Positions 14,123 through 42,859 of a stretch of 64,000 bases of DNA are shown piece by piece. Numbering within the stretch: the stretch's first letter is position 1; each line of letters opens with the position of its first letter. Source of the stretch: Paraspadella gotoi (lineage: Eukaryota > Animalia > Chaetognatha). Both the position numbers and the translations under genes were made by a program. The stretch is taken from the NCBI GenBank assembly GCA_051294375.1, contig CM119265.1, forward strand, positions 9,744,339 through 9,808,338. Reading direction: 5' to 3'. A model generated the notes under the pieces. That model searched no databases. It saw nothing but the letters and a program-made list of their open reading frames with translations, and was not told the origin of the DNA.

Positions 14123-16135
14123 ATGAAAAAGGATTCACAGAAATAAAAATGATGAATGTAAAGAGATAAAAAATCTATCGCCAGCGAAGCTTCTTCGGCA
14201 TTTTTTAATCAGCCGAAACTTACTCCAAAAACTCATCCAAAAAAACCCCTTCGAACTTACCCTTTTGCTTCCTTTTCCCCTTACTTTGCCAAACGACCTT
14301 TTTTTGGTCTGATCTCTCTTCAGACTTAAGGTTTTCCCCCTTATCTCTTTTTTTTAAATATTTTTTTTAGCTCTTTTCCTTTTTTTGTTTTTATTTTGAT
14401 TCTTTGCCAATCAATTATTTGATTCTGTCACCAAAGATTCTCACCTCGAATTTATTCTGGAAACTTCGTTCGCCTCCCAAGTTTCGCGTGGTTATGAAAA
14501 TGGGACAACCAATATAAAATGTAATAATAATAGGTTATATATTTATACTTAACAATATTATTATCTTTAACATTAAAGAACACTCTACAACCTTTTAAAA
14601 ACCTTTTATTAATAACAAAAACGATATTAATATAGTTGAATACAAAAAACAGTAACGGTACTACTAATAACAGCGTTACAAAAATTTTGCCCCTCACTCA
14701 AAGTTTTGACATAAATGACTAGATTTTGTAAAGAGCTTCGGCATAATAAATACTAAAAGTAAAAATTTATGTTTATGAAAAAAACCGTCTAAGGACTTCT
14801 CTTACCGAGAAACGTAGTGAACTTGGATATGCGTTGACGATATTTTAAGAAAATATAACAATGTAATATATATTGATGATAACCAAAGGTGAAATTTTCT
14901 AACTTTACAATATGCAAATGAGATTTAAAGGATACTACGTTTCCTAATTTGTTTTTTTTTCTCGACTCGGCGCCATTTACCCTCGGATTACGAGAGTCGA
15001 GTTCATCGCCAGAACTTCCGATCTTTTTTTCGCGATTCCCTAACGCCGCTCGTCCAATCAGATTCCGATTTATCCTCTCCAATTCTCTTTTGCCGTTGGA
15101 CCAATCAGAAGACGAGTATCGATATCTGTACTTTTTTTTCGATCTTTTTCTTTTCGGAAAAAATAGAAGAAACGTTTTCGGACAAAATGTCGCTCGCTTT
15201 GATCCGATTTTTTTCTCTTATTTTCTCGAATCATGGGAAAGAGTAAATGAGCAATGAGCACTCCTGTCTGTGCTACCGATTACAATTAACTTGCTAAAAA
15301 GTTTTAGTGTTTTTTTTTGTTTCTATTTTTAAAAACGATTTAAAAACAATAAAAATCAAAATTCTTCTAGTATTTTTTTTTCATCATTTTAAATTTTTTT
15401 TTATCCAACTCAAAACTTTCTCAGAATCGTCTTGTCACAACGTTTTTAATCACACACAACAACGTTAGAAAAGTAAAACTAGAGTAAAAATGCCAATTTA
15501 TATTTAAATGTAAAAGTTGCGAGATAAAAAAAAAAAAAAAATAAGTCATATTGATTCGTCAAAACAAACCGAAATTGATTTGTTTGACTTTTATCATTCA
15601 ATGTTCAAAGTTTAATCTTACATGTCTTTACAACTTTACTTAATGACGCACTTTCTGAAAAAAAAATCACGACGTGACTAATTTGCTAAAAAATGTCGCA
15701 TGATTTTTTTTTCAGATTCGTTGTTTGCTCGGTGTTATCTAACGGGCGCCTCAACGTCCGAACTTTGTGTCGATTTTAATCAGACGAAAAATTTATATCA
15801 AACAATTTTTGGCGAGAGATAAACATTAAACCCACGAACTGACCGGGTCAAGAAAGTCAAGAATGGAAGGGAGAATCAAATTTTATTTTTTTTGCTTTTT
15901 AATTTAATGTTAGAAAAATAAAGATTTTATGTTAAGTTTTTTTTTTTAGAAATGAAATTAGAAAAAGAATCGGCCCTAGGGTTTGAGCACAAAGAAATGA
16001 TCCCGGAAATTTTCAATCTTCGGTTGATTAAATGGAATTTTGTTCGACTTATATTTAAAGCAAAAATAACAAAATAATTAAAAAGAAAAAAAGAATAGAA
16101 TTTCGAAAATTAAAAGAGTCCGAAGAATGTGAGGG

Positions 16136-16188
<53 letters not shown>

Positions 16189-17821
16189 TTTGTATATTTT
16201 TGTTTCTTTGAGCCTTGTTATTTCAAGATCGCTCTTTTATCCGTTTCAAAACGTTTTTTTATAGCCGAGACTCTTAATTGCACTCTAGGCTAAGGGTACG
16301 ATTTCTTTTGTTTTTTTGCTAATAGTTTGTTTTAAAATTCTTCGAATCAATGAATTTAAACTTTCCTTTTCCACCGGATTTAACTCACTTTTAACCATAA
16401 CCGCGTCTGCGGTGGGCCGTAGACAATGTATTTCGCAATTCTGTGTAAAATTTGTTAATAACAATTGTGGCTTTTTGTCAAATATTGACCTTCATCAATT
16501 CAAGGTCGCGAAAATCTATATGCTAGCCAAATAATACGTTTGTTTTTTTTTAAATCCATCATAAAAAGTAAAGCGATTTACAACATTTCTTTCATTTTTT
16601 CTCCAAATAACTTTTAACTGATAGCGTGTGAGTCACTAGGTCAATCAAAAATTATCATTCTGTAAAGTGTAAACATCTCGTCAGAAGTAATACGTATCTT
16701 GATCGTTAATTTCTCGTTTGTTTACATTTAGATAACAAAAAACATCACGAGATCAAAGTTTGATAAAAAAAGTCTTTCATCGTTTGTGGTCGCAACTTTT
16801 TGACTTTTGATGGTTTTGACTCGAATATGACCTCGGTCTTAGACGGAGAGAGAGAGAGAGAGAGAGAGTCGTTGGCCATTCTCATCTCGTCTGCAGAGAA
16901 CGTTTCCAATTTTTTTGCTCTATTCGAAATTAAAAAAAAAAAAAAAAAAAAACAACAAAAACACGAAAATTATTTAAAAAAAAACAATAGGTCTTGCCAG
17001 ACAAAGCGAAGGCAACGTGACACGACGCCAGCGTAACAGACGTGCGCTGCTCTCATGCTCCGCACGAACCCTAAAGTGACGAGCGTGATCCTTCCTAAAA
17101 TCGTCCCCCGCAAAAAAAAAAGTCCGGATCCTGTTTCGTGAAATGAAAGATCTCGTTTTCTCTCTAATTAATTGAACTAAATCACTTTTTCCTTCTTTTT
17201 TTCTTTTTTCTTTTTTCTTTTTTCTTTGTTTATCTTTTTTCGTGCGAAATCCTTCTCTTCCTTCATCTAATTCGATCCTTTTTTTCGGTGATTCAACGGA
17301 TCGATTGAGATTTTTGGTCTCACGGTGTCCGAGCGATTGGAAAATCTTACCGATTGTTAATCATTATGATTTTTTTATTATGTATAATAATATTATATAT
17401 ATTTGATTTAATATATTTATAATAATTTTATATTCTAATAAAATAATACAATCATATTTATATTTTATATTTAAATGATTTTGTTAAATAAAAATAATAA
17501 AAATAATAAAATTCTATTAATAAATAAGCTACCTTGCATTTTATTTTTGAAAAGCTATATTTAATAGTTATTTTTACTATATTATAATTTAATATTATTT
17601 ATATATACAACAAATTGAAAAAAAACAAACAATGTTTAATATTATTTTTATACATGCTTATTAATTTGTACTAATTTTCCAAACAATTTTCCGACAAAAC
17701 TATCACTGTGTTTTGATTTCCTTTTAGATCCCTGATGTCATCGTCGCCGTCGTCTTCCTTCTCCTCCTCCTCCTCCTCCTCCTCCTCTCCCTGACTCCCC
17801 CTCCCCCCTTCCTCTCTCGCC

Positions 17822-23384
<5,563 letters not shown>

Positions 23385-24138
23385 TTAAGTAATAAATATT
23401 ATTAATATTATTAATATGAATTAGCGTCTGTAAACGACGAACGTTTCTCCACTGATTTGATTTTTTTTACTCTTTGATTTTTACGTGATTGTTTGTTTTC
23501 TTTCTTCTCGTCTCTCCATTGTTGCTATTTGTTTCCTGTGATTTTTAAGCTTTGACAATAAAATTTTATTACTTCTAGTGAAATGTTTTTTAACGTAAGA
23601 TACAAGTCCGGGATTAATTTAATTATGAAAGGTTGAGCTACGTGTCATTTATACAATTTTTTTTACGTAGAAACGAAAAATTCTTTAGGAAAACTTATAG
23701 TTTGTTTTTAACATACATAATCTGTTCGTGGACTTCGTGCCTGTCGAGTGTCGACGCTCGATTTGACTTTTATTTTTTTGTGAGCTTTAAAATCGTCAGG
23801 TGGCAGTTGTAGTTAAAATAATACTTCGAGGGAATCTCGAGAGCGAAAATAAGAACAGCCGTCAAAATTTAAACAAGTATGATTCTAACCTGTTTAGTAA
23901 AAAAAAAATATAAAACAAAAAATAAAAAAAAACCTAAAAAAACAACAACAAAAAAAACAAATAAAAATATAACATACTTTGATATGTTAATTTTATTCGA
24001 CTTTTAGTACATGATACTAGGCAAGATAACTTGTTAACTTCATGAAAAGAAAATCTTATCATTTGTTGTACGAATTTCAAATAACGTTTCTCATGAGAAA
24101 CAACTCTCAAGCAAATTCGTTAACATTTAGTCAAGTAA

Positions 24139-24177
<39 letters not shown>

Positions 24178-24834
24178 TCCGGTTTTCGCTCGTGTCTCGC
24201 GCGTCTTTTCACGCGCCGTTTTCACGATTCACGTCTCACGCGCTTTTTTCCTTCTCGTAGCAAACGCGTGACTCGGCCGCGTTTGACGAAACCTCTTTAT
24301 ATGGATTTTGTTTTCACTAATTCACAATTCACAAAATTGAATGCCATTCGTCCATCATATCTTTGAACATAACCTCGACATTAAGTAAAAAATCTACACA
24401 AAAGTATTTTGGTAAAAAATGAGAAAAACTTCAAGTAAAATTTAGTTTTCATATATTTTTTCTTCGTAAGTTACAAATAAAAATTTTCATAGTATTTGCA
24501 GCTGATTTTATACACTGAAAAAAAATCATTATAAAACTTAAATTAAATTAAAAAAATAATTTTCAATTGAAATAGATTTGAAAAAAAAAATCCTAAGAAA
24601 AAAACTCTTCTCTCAGACCGCTTTTTTGTTTTGCGATATAAACCGCTTCTCGAAAAAAAAAACGCTTCTCTAAAATAAAACCGCTTCTCATTGAAAAAAT
24701 CTCGACTCGTTCGAGATTTCTTAACCGAGAGAGAAAATCGCTTCATCGAAAATGGATTATTTTAAAATTGACTTCATAGAAAATTGGCTTCAAAGAAAAA
24801 CCGATTCAATGAAAAATTTATTCGATTAAAAAAG

Positions 24835-24933
<99 letters not shown>

Positions 24934-25054
24934 ATTCAAAATAATCGAAGAGGTTTTTGTCTCATTCTTCGAGCGGTAAAAATTTTCTCGATCCAATTTC
25001 AAAAAAGGAGGAAAATTGCGAGGAGGCAATTATTTCCTCGAGATCCGCCGCGTC

Positions 25055-25361
25055 GGCACTATTTTCCAGAAGCGACCCATTTCTCAGTTAATCTAATTTT
25101 AACCCTGATATCTAATTATATATTTTTTAATGCATACAATCGAATCGCTAACCACAATCATTTAACATAATACCTCACATTGATTTTTTATTCTCATCTC
25201 TACTCTCAACACTAATTTCTAACATTAAACCTTAAGAAAAACTGTAACCAACTCCCTTACTCTAAATCCATAACCTTAATCCTTTACTTAATTTTTTTAA
25301 CCTAAAACTAAACTGAATTCGAAATTTAAGCTGAAATGGAGCGCTTTCGGAAATGACGGCC
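25055..25361 (-). mobile_element. MITE-like element, same family as 11466-11768, opposite orientation (copy 2)
   Basis: Ends are GGCACTATTTTCCAGAAGCGACCCATTTCTC and GAAATGGAGCGCTTTCGGAAATGACGGCC, with a (CCTAA/CCTTAA)-rich interior. Flanks GCCGCGTC and TTCGCGTC match 6/8, a possible 8-bp TSD. Confidence 0.5.
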
Positions 25362-25662
25362 TTCGCGTCTTCGTAGCGCGAATGGGCGTCGTCGTCGTTG
25401 TCGTCGTCGTCGTCGTCGTCTTCGATCTCGTCAAAGAGTCAAAAACCCTAAATTTAAATGGAATGTAAAAAAGGAAGAAATGACGTCAAAGGACGAGAGT
25501 GAATCTTCTTTGTTTTGACTTCAAAATGGAAATTCTCACTTTTTATTCTCTTTTTCTTCTTTCTTTCTTCTTTCTTTTTATTTTTCGTCGAATTCTTTGG
25601 CGAAATTCTTGACTCGAAAACCTTAGTTTTTGATTTTGGGTGAGAGGGGGAGGGAGGGGGAG

Positions 25663-25789
<127 letters not shown>

Positions 25790-25869
25790 TTGTATCAGAT
25801 GAAGGTAGAAGGGAAGGGACGAGCGATGGAAAAAAGAGATAGTAGACAATAATGAACAAAATAGAGTTT

Positions 25870-26050
25870 AGAAAAGAAAAGAAAAAAAAGAAAAGAAAAG
25901 AAAAGAAAAGAAAAAGAAGAAAGAAAAGAAAAGAATAGGAAGAAGGAAAGGAAAGGAAAAGAAAGGAAAGGAAAAGGAAAGGAAAGGAAAGGAAAGGAAA
26001 GGAAAGAAAAGAAAAAGAAAAGAAAAGAAAAGAAAAGAAAAGAAAAGAAG
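25870..26050. repeat. (GAAAA)n/(GGAAA)n pentanucleotide repeat
   Basis: Direct reading. Confidence 0.9.
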
Positions 26051-26324
26051 AGAAAAGACAAGACCAGGTGAAGATAGAGAGATAGAGGAAGACGAGAGGC
26101 AGTGAGAGGCAGAGGACGAAACTTAAACTCCCCAACTATGAAACCCGAGCGGAGAAAAGAGGCAGAGAGATTCGAATCTCTATAACCCTATCTCTTTTTT
26201 TTTTTGAGCTTCTGCCCTTCGGGGGTCGACGACCGCCCAGGACGAAAACATTTTTAAAAATTTAATAAAAATATCGAAAAAAAAAATCGATGAATATTTG
26301 CGAAATGGGAGAGATCGAAATGTG

Positions 26325-26460
<136 letters not shown>

Positions 26461-27200
26461 CCGCATTTAATCGGCTGCGACTTTGGATCGAATTTCCTCG
26501 TTTAACAGAAAGGGAGATATTTTGGGGAAAAAATTAAAAAAAATTTAAAAAAGGAACAAATAAAGGAATAAAGGAGAAAACTGGGAGGAAAAAATTAAGA
26601 CAAATGTTAAATTTTACGCAAGTTTGAATTGAAATGTTATAAAACTACTCAATAAATTTGAATTAACTTAACTTCTCAATCTCACAGCTTAAATCTTTAC
26701 CAGTAAATTATGAATTAATCAGTTAATTGATTAATTAATTACAAAAAAAAACAACTAACTTTTAATTCGGTTTCGTCGTTTTCTGTATATTTTTAGACCA
26801 AGCTAAAAGTTACCTTACAATGTTCACTCTCCGATTAGAAGCTTTGTTTCTACATAAAAAAAAAAACAAACAAACAAATCAGTTAAAACATGTAAACAAA
26901 AGAACAAGGGAAAATGAGAAGAAGTGAAAATCGTCGACGGAGATTGTAATTTGCGTCCAGCGTCGATCTTTCCTTTGATGAAGAAACCGACTCCTTCATT
27001 TATTTATTTACGCTTTTCTTTGTTTACGCCTTTCACTTTTGTTTATTTATTCAAAGAGGTCGCGACGAGGCGAATGAAGTAAAGAGAGAAAATTAAAAAT
27101 GGAAAATCTGTTTTCTTTCTTTACCGACGACGAGTAACACATTAGTACAAAAAAAGTGTACATATTAATTTATGATCGACCGACTGCTAATAGAAACTGG

Positions 27201-27261
<61 letters not shown>

Positions 27262-27401
27262 ATCTCTATCAATCTTCCTCTCTCTCACTCTCCATCTCGT
27301 TCCCGCACATATATCGTCTTTTTCTTCAAATTCGTTACAATTTTCGACCAAAGCACATCTGTTCCGACAATAAATCTAAATTAAATCTTTTTTTTTCTTT
27401 T

Positions 27402-27493
<92 letters not shown>

Positions 27494-27893
27494 TATTTCT
27501 TTCTTTCCCCCAAGATGTTCCAGTGCGAAACTCGTTATCTTGACTCAACAGGAAACTCGAACAAAAAGTCACACGTTTACGGATTTTCATCTGATTTATC
27601 GAGTAACACAAGAGGATTTATAGAGTAATACGAGAGATTTACAGTGTGATACGGAACGATTTATAGAGTAAAACGATACTTTTTACAAACTATTAGATGT
27701 CGATTATTTTTATAGTTGATTTGCGACGGTTCTGATCATTTTTAATATTATTATTTGATAAAGTCTTCTTGTTTTTCACTTTAACTTTATATATGTATAT
27801 GCGGGCCACTTTTAACCAAATTGATACTTGTATTAAGTTTTAACTTTCTATAACTGCGCCATTAACCAATGTCTAGTACTCGAAATATATAAA

Positions 27894-27992
<99 letters not shown>

Positions 27993-28000
27993 CCCCCGCT

Positions 28001-36911
<8,911 letters not shown>

Positions 36912-38540
36912 GTGGAGGAATTAGCCGCTGGAGAACGGTTGCGAGAGAGGGGGGGGGTCGGGGGCGAGGAAAGAGGGAAGGGGCNNNNNNNNNNNNNNNN
37001 NNNNNNNNNAGGGAAAGGGCAGGAAGAGGTAAGGCTCACAAGACTGTGAGGGTGAGGCTTCGACAGAGTTTAAGGATAGTTGGGCGAAAATCGGACTGCG
37101 CCCCCAACCCCCGAGGTTAGTCCCGAGGGAACGAAAATGGCACGGGGCGTCGTGGTTTGGTTTTCGCCTCTGGCCTTAATGATGACCCGCTGAGGGGAAA
37201 GAGAAGCAGGTGGCGGGTATGAATGGCCGGGCGGATGTAGAGTCTTACAGGGTGCTCCCTCTGCTTCACTCCCCCCCCCCCGGGAGTGGAAGTCTGATTT
37301 GGACAGGGGTTAATGAGTTTGGGTCAAGTGATTTTTTTTTTACCATAATAATCATTGGCTGCTGTGTATGTTTAACATCATAAATCTATTTGCTCCTCTT
37401 TCTACCTTTGATAAAATTTTAGTATTTATAATTACAAATTAAAACAATAGAATGAATAGATAATTGAAATGACGCACAAAGTCACGAATCGATGAACGAC
37501 GATTATCCATCGCAAATTTCATCACCTGAATTTAATCCAATTTTTTAAAATTCTACCCGCGTTTAATATCCGCGACAAAATACGGGACGGACCCAAGAGA
37601 ATCGAACCTTAAAAAAAAAGAAAAAGAAAACAATCAAATCACTCGTATTCAGCCATTTCTCTCTCTCCAGTTTAGTTTTACTTAAAAAAAGAATATAACA
37701 AATTAAAACGGATTGTCATTAAACGGTTTAATTCTTGTATACATAGTTTGTATCTTTACTCCTTTTTTGTTCTTTGCGTCTCACATTTTTTTTTGACTCG
37801 TCTCACTCGTAGTACGATATTTTTTTTTCGATCCGTCAAAAAAGTTTGACATCGGATATACACCTCGTCTCTCGACGACGACCTATTTGTCGTCGTCGTC
37901 ATCCTCATTGCCCGCTTCGTCGTCTTCTTCTTCGCGCGTGAGTAACACGATCACGCGAATTCGTGATCTTCTACGAGTTATCACAGAGTCTTTGGCGTTA
38001 GGCCAACCTTCGTCACAACTCTTCACTGTTCACTCTTCCGACCTCACACCTTCTCGCTTTTCTCTTCACGTTTCACTATATTCGTTAACAATAAATTGTT
38101 AAAAGAGTACGTATAATTTAACCCCTCGATATGAATATTTACGATATCTCGTTTTAGATTTTCTGTTTATTCGGTTCAACGCTTTTCTTTTTTTTTTTAC
38201 GTTTTCAACCACAATTGATTTACTCGAGTCCTCGATTCACATCTAATTTATGATCCACGTTTTTACGGAGGTTTTCACTTTTCTCTACTTCGTAGTTTCC
38301 CTCGTATTTTTCCTCTCTTTTTCTTTAATGTCGTCGTCGTCGTCGTCGACGTCGTCGTCGTCGTCGCTCTGTCGAGTCGGGCGTCTTCATTTCCTTGTTT
38401 GATTTTATCACCGATTTTCTTTGTTATAGATGCCGTCGTCCCGGTCGTCGTCGTTGTCGTCGTCTTCATAGTCGTCGTTGTCGTTGTTTCCAAAGTTGTA
38501 GACTTCATCGTCTTCATCGTTGTCTTTATCTTCTTCTCTA

Positions 38541-38571
<31 letters not shown>

Positions 38572-39085
38572 TCAGCAACTTCCGTCATAAATCATTCGAT
38601 TTTTTTCTTTCCGATTCTTCCATACTTTTAAATACATTTAAATACATTTCATTTCTCATCGCATCACCAATATCACCATTATCACCTTACCTAATAACCT
38701 TACCCTATCACCTCATCTTGAAATAAGTCCAGACCATAAGTTCTAATCGATATGTCGTAAAATTTAAAAAAAAAATTTAATTAATTGTTATTTTAAGATT
38801 GATCTTTCAAAAACCNNNNNNNNNNAATTTAGACAAAAAAAACAACAAAAAAACAAACAAACATACAAACAAAAAAACAAAACCGAAAAAAGCAAGCCTC
38901 ATTTACATCGGAGTTACCGACTCATTGACGGCAGCAGCAACATCGCAGCAACAACAGCAGCTTTAACGTTGATGACAGCAGCAGCGGCAGCAGTTCGTCG
39001 ACAAAGGATTAACAACAATTTAAATCTTCCTTATAAATCTTTGGCCATAAAATCCCTTTAATCCTCACTCATTTCGCAGCACTTA

Positions 39086-39125
39086 GCCCTTAGTTGCCCT
39101 TAGTTGCCCTTAGTTGCCCTTAGCC
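39086..39125. repeat. 10-bp tandem repeat (GCCCTTAGTT) x~3.7
   Basis: Direct reading. Confidence 0.85.
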
Positions 39126-39498
39126 ACACTCTCATCTCGCTTCGAATTTGAGAATTAAGTCTACTGACGTCCTCGATCGGCGACGAATCAACATCGAGGC
39201 GTCTGCGAATACAATAAGCAACAAAGAATAATGACGTACTCCGATTCGCCGGTTTTCCTCTAGGATTGACCCTTTGTTCGACTGACCACCTAGTTTTCCG
39301 CCAACAGCGCCGCCCGACGACGGCGCGGGAAGCAACGTAAGTCGGAAAAAAACAACAAAAGGCCTTCGCGTTTGGAGAAATCGAAAACCTCAACGTGGGT
39401 CAAGAAACCTTGTTTGTTTCTTTTTCTCGCCCTGAGAGAGCCAAGGCGAGAGAGAGGGAGGGGAGAGAGCTTTGCGATCGAAGAGAGAGAGGAGAGAG

Positions 39499-39565
<67 letters not shown>

Positions 39566-41132
39566 TTTTTCTCTGAGAGAAAATACAGCCGCGAAAACGT
39601 GGATGATTTTACCAGACTTCAAAGAAAAATTGGGTTAAAAAAAACGAAAGAAAAAAAAGGTTTCTTGCTTTCTCTCGCTCGCTTCTTCTCCCTTAAATAA
39701 CGAGTCATCACAAGAGAGAGAGTGAAAAAGAAAAAAAAAAACATATCTTGAGTGGTTTCTCCCTTCGCGAAATAATAATAATAATAAAAAAAAATTGAAA
39801 ATCTGCGAAAAAAGACATTAATTTTTTTTCTTTAAGGTGTGGGAGGAAAAGGCAGTCAGTACTTTAGGAGGAGGAGAAAAAAAATTGATTCGAAACGAAG
39901 AGAAAGAAAAAAACACGAAAAAAAAAACACGGAGAATACAAAAAAATAAACAAAGATTAGAAGTAAACAAACATCGAATGAGATTCTCGATTCATACCAG
40001 ATTTTGCTTTCATTTTCTCTTAAAGCGGAGATAAAATCGCAAAGAGAGTGAGAGAGAGTTATTCTAAAAGAGAGAGAGAATGAGAGAGAGAGAGACTGAA
40101 AAGAGAGAACAAAAAATAATAGGAAATTAACACTTTTTTTTTTATCATTTCACTCGCTGAACAAAAAAACAAACAAATTTATTAAGGGACAGAAAAATCG
40201 GTAAAATTCTCTCTTTTTCGAGGAATTGTCGATTTCGGATTTTTGACTCCGCAACTCGCATCTGCAAAAAAAAGAAGAACTGAAAAAGCAAGACGCGACA
40301 TCATAAAAAAGAAACGCGCCATAAGCTCTGGCTCTAAAAAAAAAAAAAGAAAACCGAACTGACGTGGGCGACATTTTGTTTCCTAACGACGAGCCTCGCT
40401 CTCACTCTTTCCTCCGAAGTGTCCCATCCGGACATTCACGGGAATCTGGACGAAGAGGACGGAAAACTCTCACTCTTGTTCATCCTTTTTTTCACTCTCT
40501 TTCACCGTCGTTCGGTCTTTTTCATTCTCTTACCCTAACCCTAACCCCAAAAAGGCTTCCTTTTCTCGATGCATCCCCTTCCGCCATCCCTGGACCCAAA
40601 ATGACCTCAGTTTCGCTCTAAAAAACCCAACTCTTTCGAGACAATCTCGACTCATCTAATTCTGGCATCGAGCACATTGACGTTATCTCTCTCTCTCTCT
40701 AAACTCTACCAACTTTGAACCCTAAGCGACCATCGGCAAAGCAACTGTGACAAAAAGTCATCAGCAGAAGCAACTGTGCCAGAAACTCGTCCGAAACTAA
40801 CGACGTTTTTTTTTACGCGCAACTCATCCTCCCGTTTTTGAAGGAACAGAGTTGTCCGGACTTTTCGCTGTCCCCTTTGCTTTTCTAAAACTCCGCGATA
40901 GAAAATAAACGATACGAAACAAAACGAAACAGAACGTTTTGTTTTGCCGAACCATCGCTAAAGCTAAACGCCTAACGCCTCATTTCCGTCCCAAACCTTA
41001 CCCGCACCGAAATTTACTTTCTTTCAATCTCTCTCTCTCTCTCTCTCTTCGCAAGATACCCCTTTCTCCACGCCCCAACCTCTTCCCTAACCCACTACAA
41101 TCCCCAACACACTCTCCCACACATCCCCGACC

Positions 41133-42498
41133 ATGTCGTCAGACCCTTACAACACGGCGTGGATGACGATGTCCGACGAGGAGGAGATTGATGCCCACAA
41201 GAGGTCGTCTCGCGCCATTCTCGTCGACGGCGACGTTGGCAGCGGGCGCCACCACGTCTCCGAGACGGGCGTCAACGGGACGCATCACGGCAGCGCCAAC
41301 GGCGGCCGACCGGGGAAGTACGTCGTTATCGGCCCGCCTAAGGGTGAGTTTGACGCGAGGGTGGGAGAAGGGAAAGGTCAAATCCCGTCACACGTTGTTA
41401 GTTTAATTTTTGTAATTATTATTTTATTTTATTATCTTATTTTATAAGATATTAAACACGGTATTAAATAATATTAATAAGTTATGATCAGGATTAAGGA
41501 ATATATTTTTCGCTTAAGTCGAGAGAAAGGTTAAAATTATTTATTTATTTATCTACGGAAATTGATTTTTGCCTCTTGAGAGACTTTCTTAAAATTTCCG
41601 TTAAAAACCAGAAAATAAAAAAGGGGATTTTCTGTCAGTCTTGCCTTATTATCTGTCACCGGCGGGAAATTTAAAAATCCCCTCATTATTTTTTTTTTAA
41701 ACTGGATTCCCACAATGGTTATTCTCAGTAGATTTCAGCTGCTGATGCCACTCAAAATGTTTAGACAAAAAAAGACTCTTATTTTAAGTGAATTATATTT
41801 ACATAGATACATACAGTTTTATGAAGCTATTTTTCAGAACTGAAAAAGAGAATTTTGAATTCTAAGAAAAAAACACAAATTGAATTGGCGCTGAAGAAGA
41901 CTCGTATGTGAGTCGAAACATGTCCGTTTCACTATGAAATAAAAATCGTTGTTAAATCTCTCTTCAAACTTTGTTCTAAAGAAAAAAACTGAAAAAAAAG
42001 TTTTATAAATGAGAATTCTATTTCATGAAATTTAGGTATAGTAAATTAGGGGTGCAAAAACTGTATTGAAAAACGTTAAAAATTAGGGGTTTTGGGACTG
42101 GGGTAATGAAAATGATTTCATAAAATTTATCAATTCTTGTTAAATTACAAAATTTTTCTCCTAAAGCTTCATAAAATCTTTTTTTTTTGAAGGCTACATA
42201 TTTTCAGAGAGAATTTTCAAAGAGAATTCGATTCTCAAGTTTGGGTCTAAATTGAGCAACCCAGTTTCACCTCTCCCTCTTTCAGGCGCCCCCGGATCGG
42301 CCCCGCCCCTCGCTTCCCGTGTCCGCGCCAGATGGCGTTGCCTCGTCGGCTTCGTCGTCGTCCTCGGCGTCTGTCAAGTCTTCGTCCTCGCTATCGTCGT
42401 CCACCTCGGCCTCCAAGTGGCCAAAACGCGCGCCGCTCTCGACGCCGCTAGAGGCGCTGGGGCTGCGGGAAGCGACGCCGTTGTCGGGACGGGGAAAG
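41133..42498 (+). CDS. Type II single-pass membrane protein, 5' exons 41133-41343 and 42286-42498; 3' exons uncertain
   Basis: ACCATGT start. The exons are GC-rich with donors G|GTGAGT (41344, 42499) and acceptor TTTCAG (42285), all phase 1. The spliced product has a ~85-aa polar N-terminus, then RARWR, a hydrophobic span CLVGFVVVLGVCQVFVLAIVVHLGLQV, and AKTRAALDAAR. Confidence 0.7.
41887..41928 (+). ncRNA. Minimal type I hammerhead ribozyme motif (Penelope-like-element type)
   Basis: GGCG CTGAAGA A GACTC-GTATGT-GAGTC GAAA CATG TC^CGTT. Intact CUGANGA and GAAA cores, 5-bp stem II, palindromic ACATGT mini stem III, GUC cleavage triplet (cut after 41924), 4-bp stem I with two G-U pairs, and AATAAA at 41938-41943. 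Confidence 0.75.
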
Positions 42499-42544
42499 GT
42501 GAGTTTTTTAAGTGCTCTGTCTCTCTCTCTCTCTCTCTCTTTTT

Positions 42545-42607
<63 letters not shown>

Positions 42608-42794
42608 CTTCTCTCTCTCTCTCTCTCTCATATCATCTAATTTCGACAAAAGAACAACGAAATCCTCTCCTTATGTTTCCGGAAATAACGTCTGCAGAAA
42701 TGATTCGACCTCGGTTTAGCGAAATCGAATCAAAACAAAGAAATGTGATCGCTTTAGCGAAAGATGATGATGACGATGATGATGTCGACGGCGA

Positions 42795-42859
<65 letters not shown>

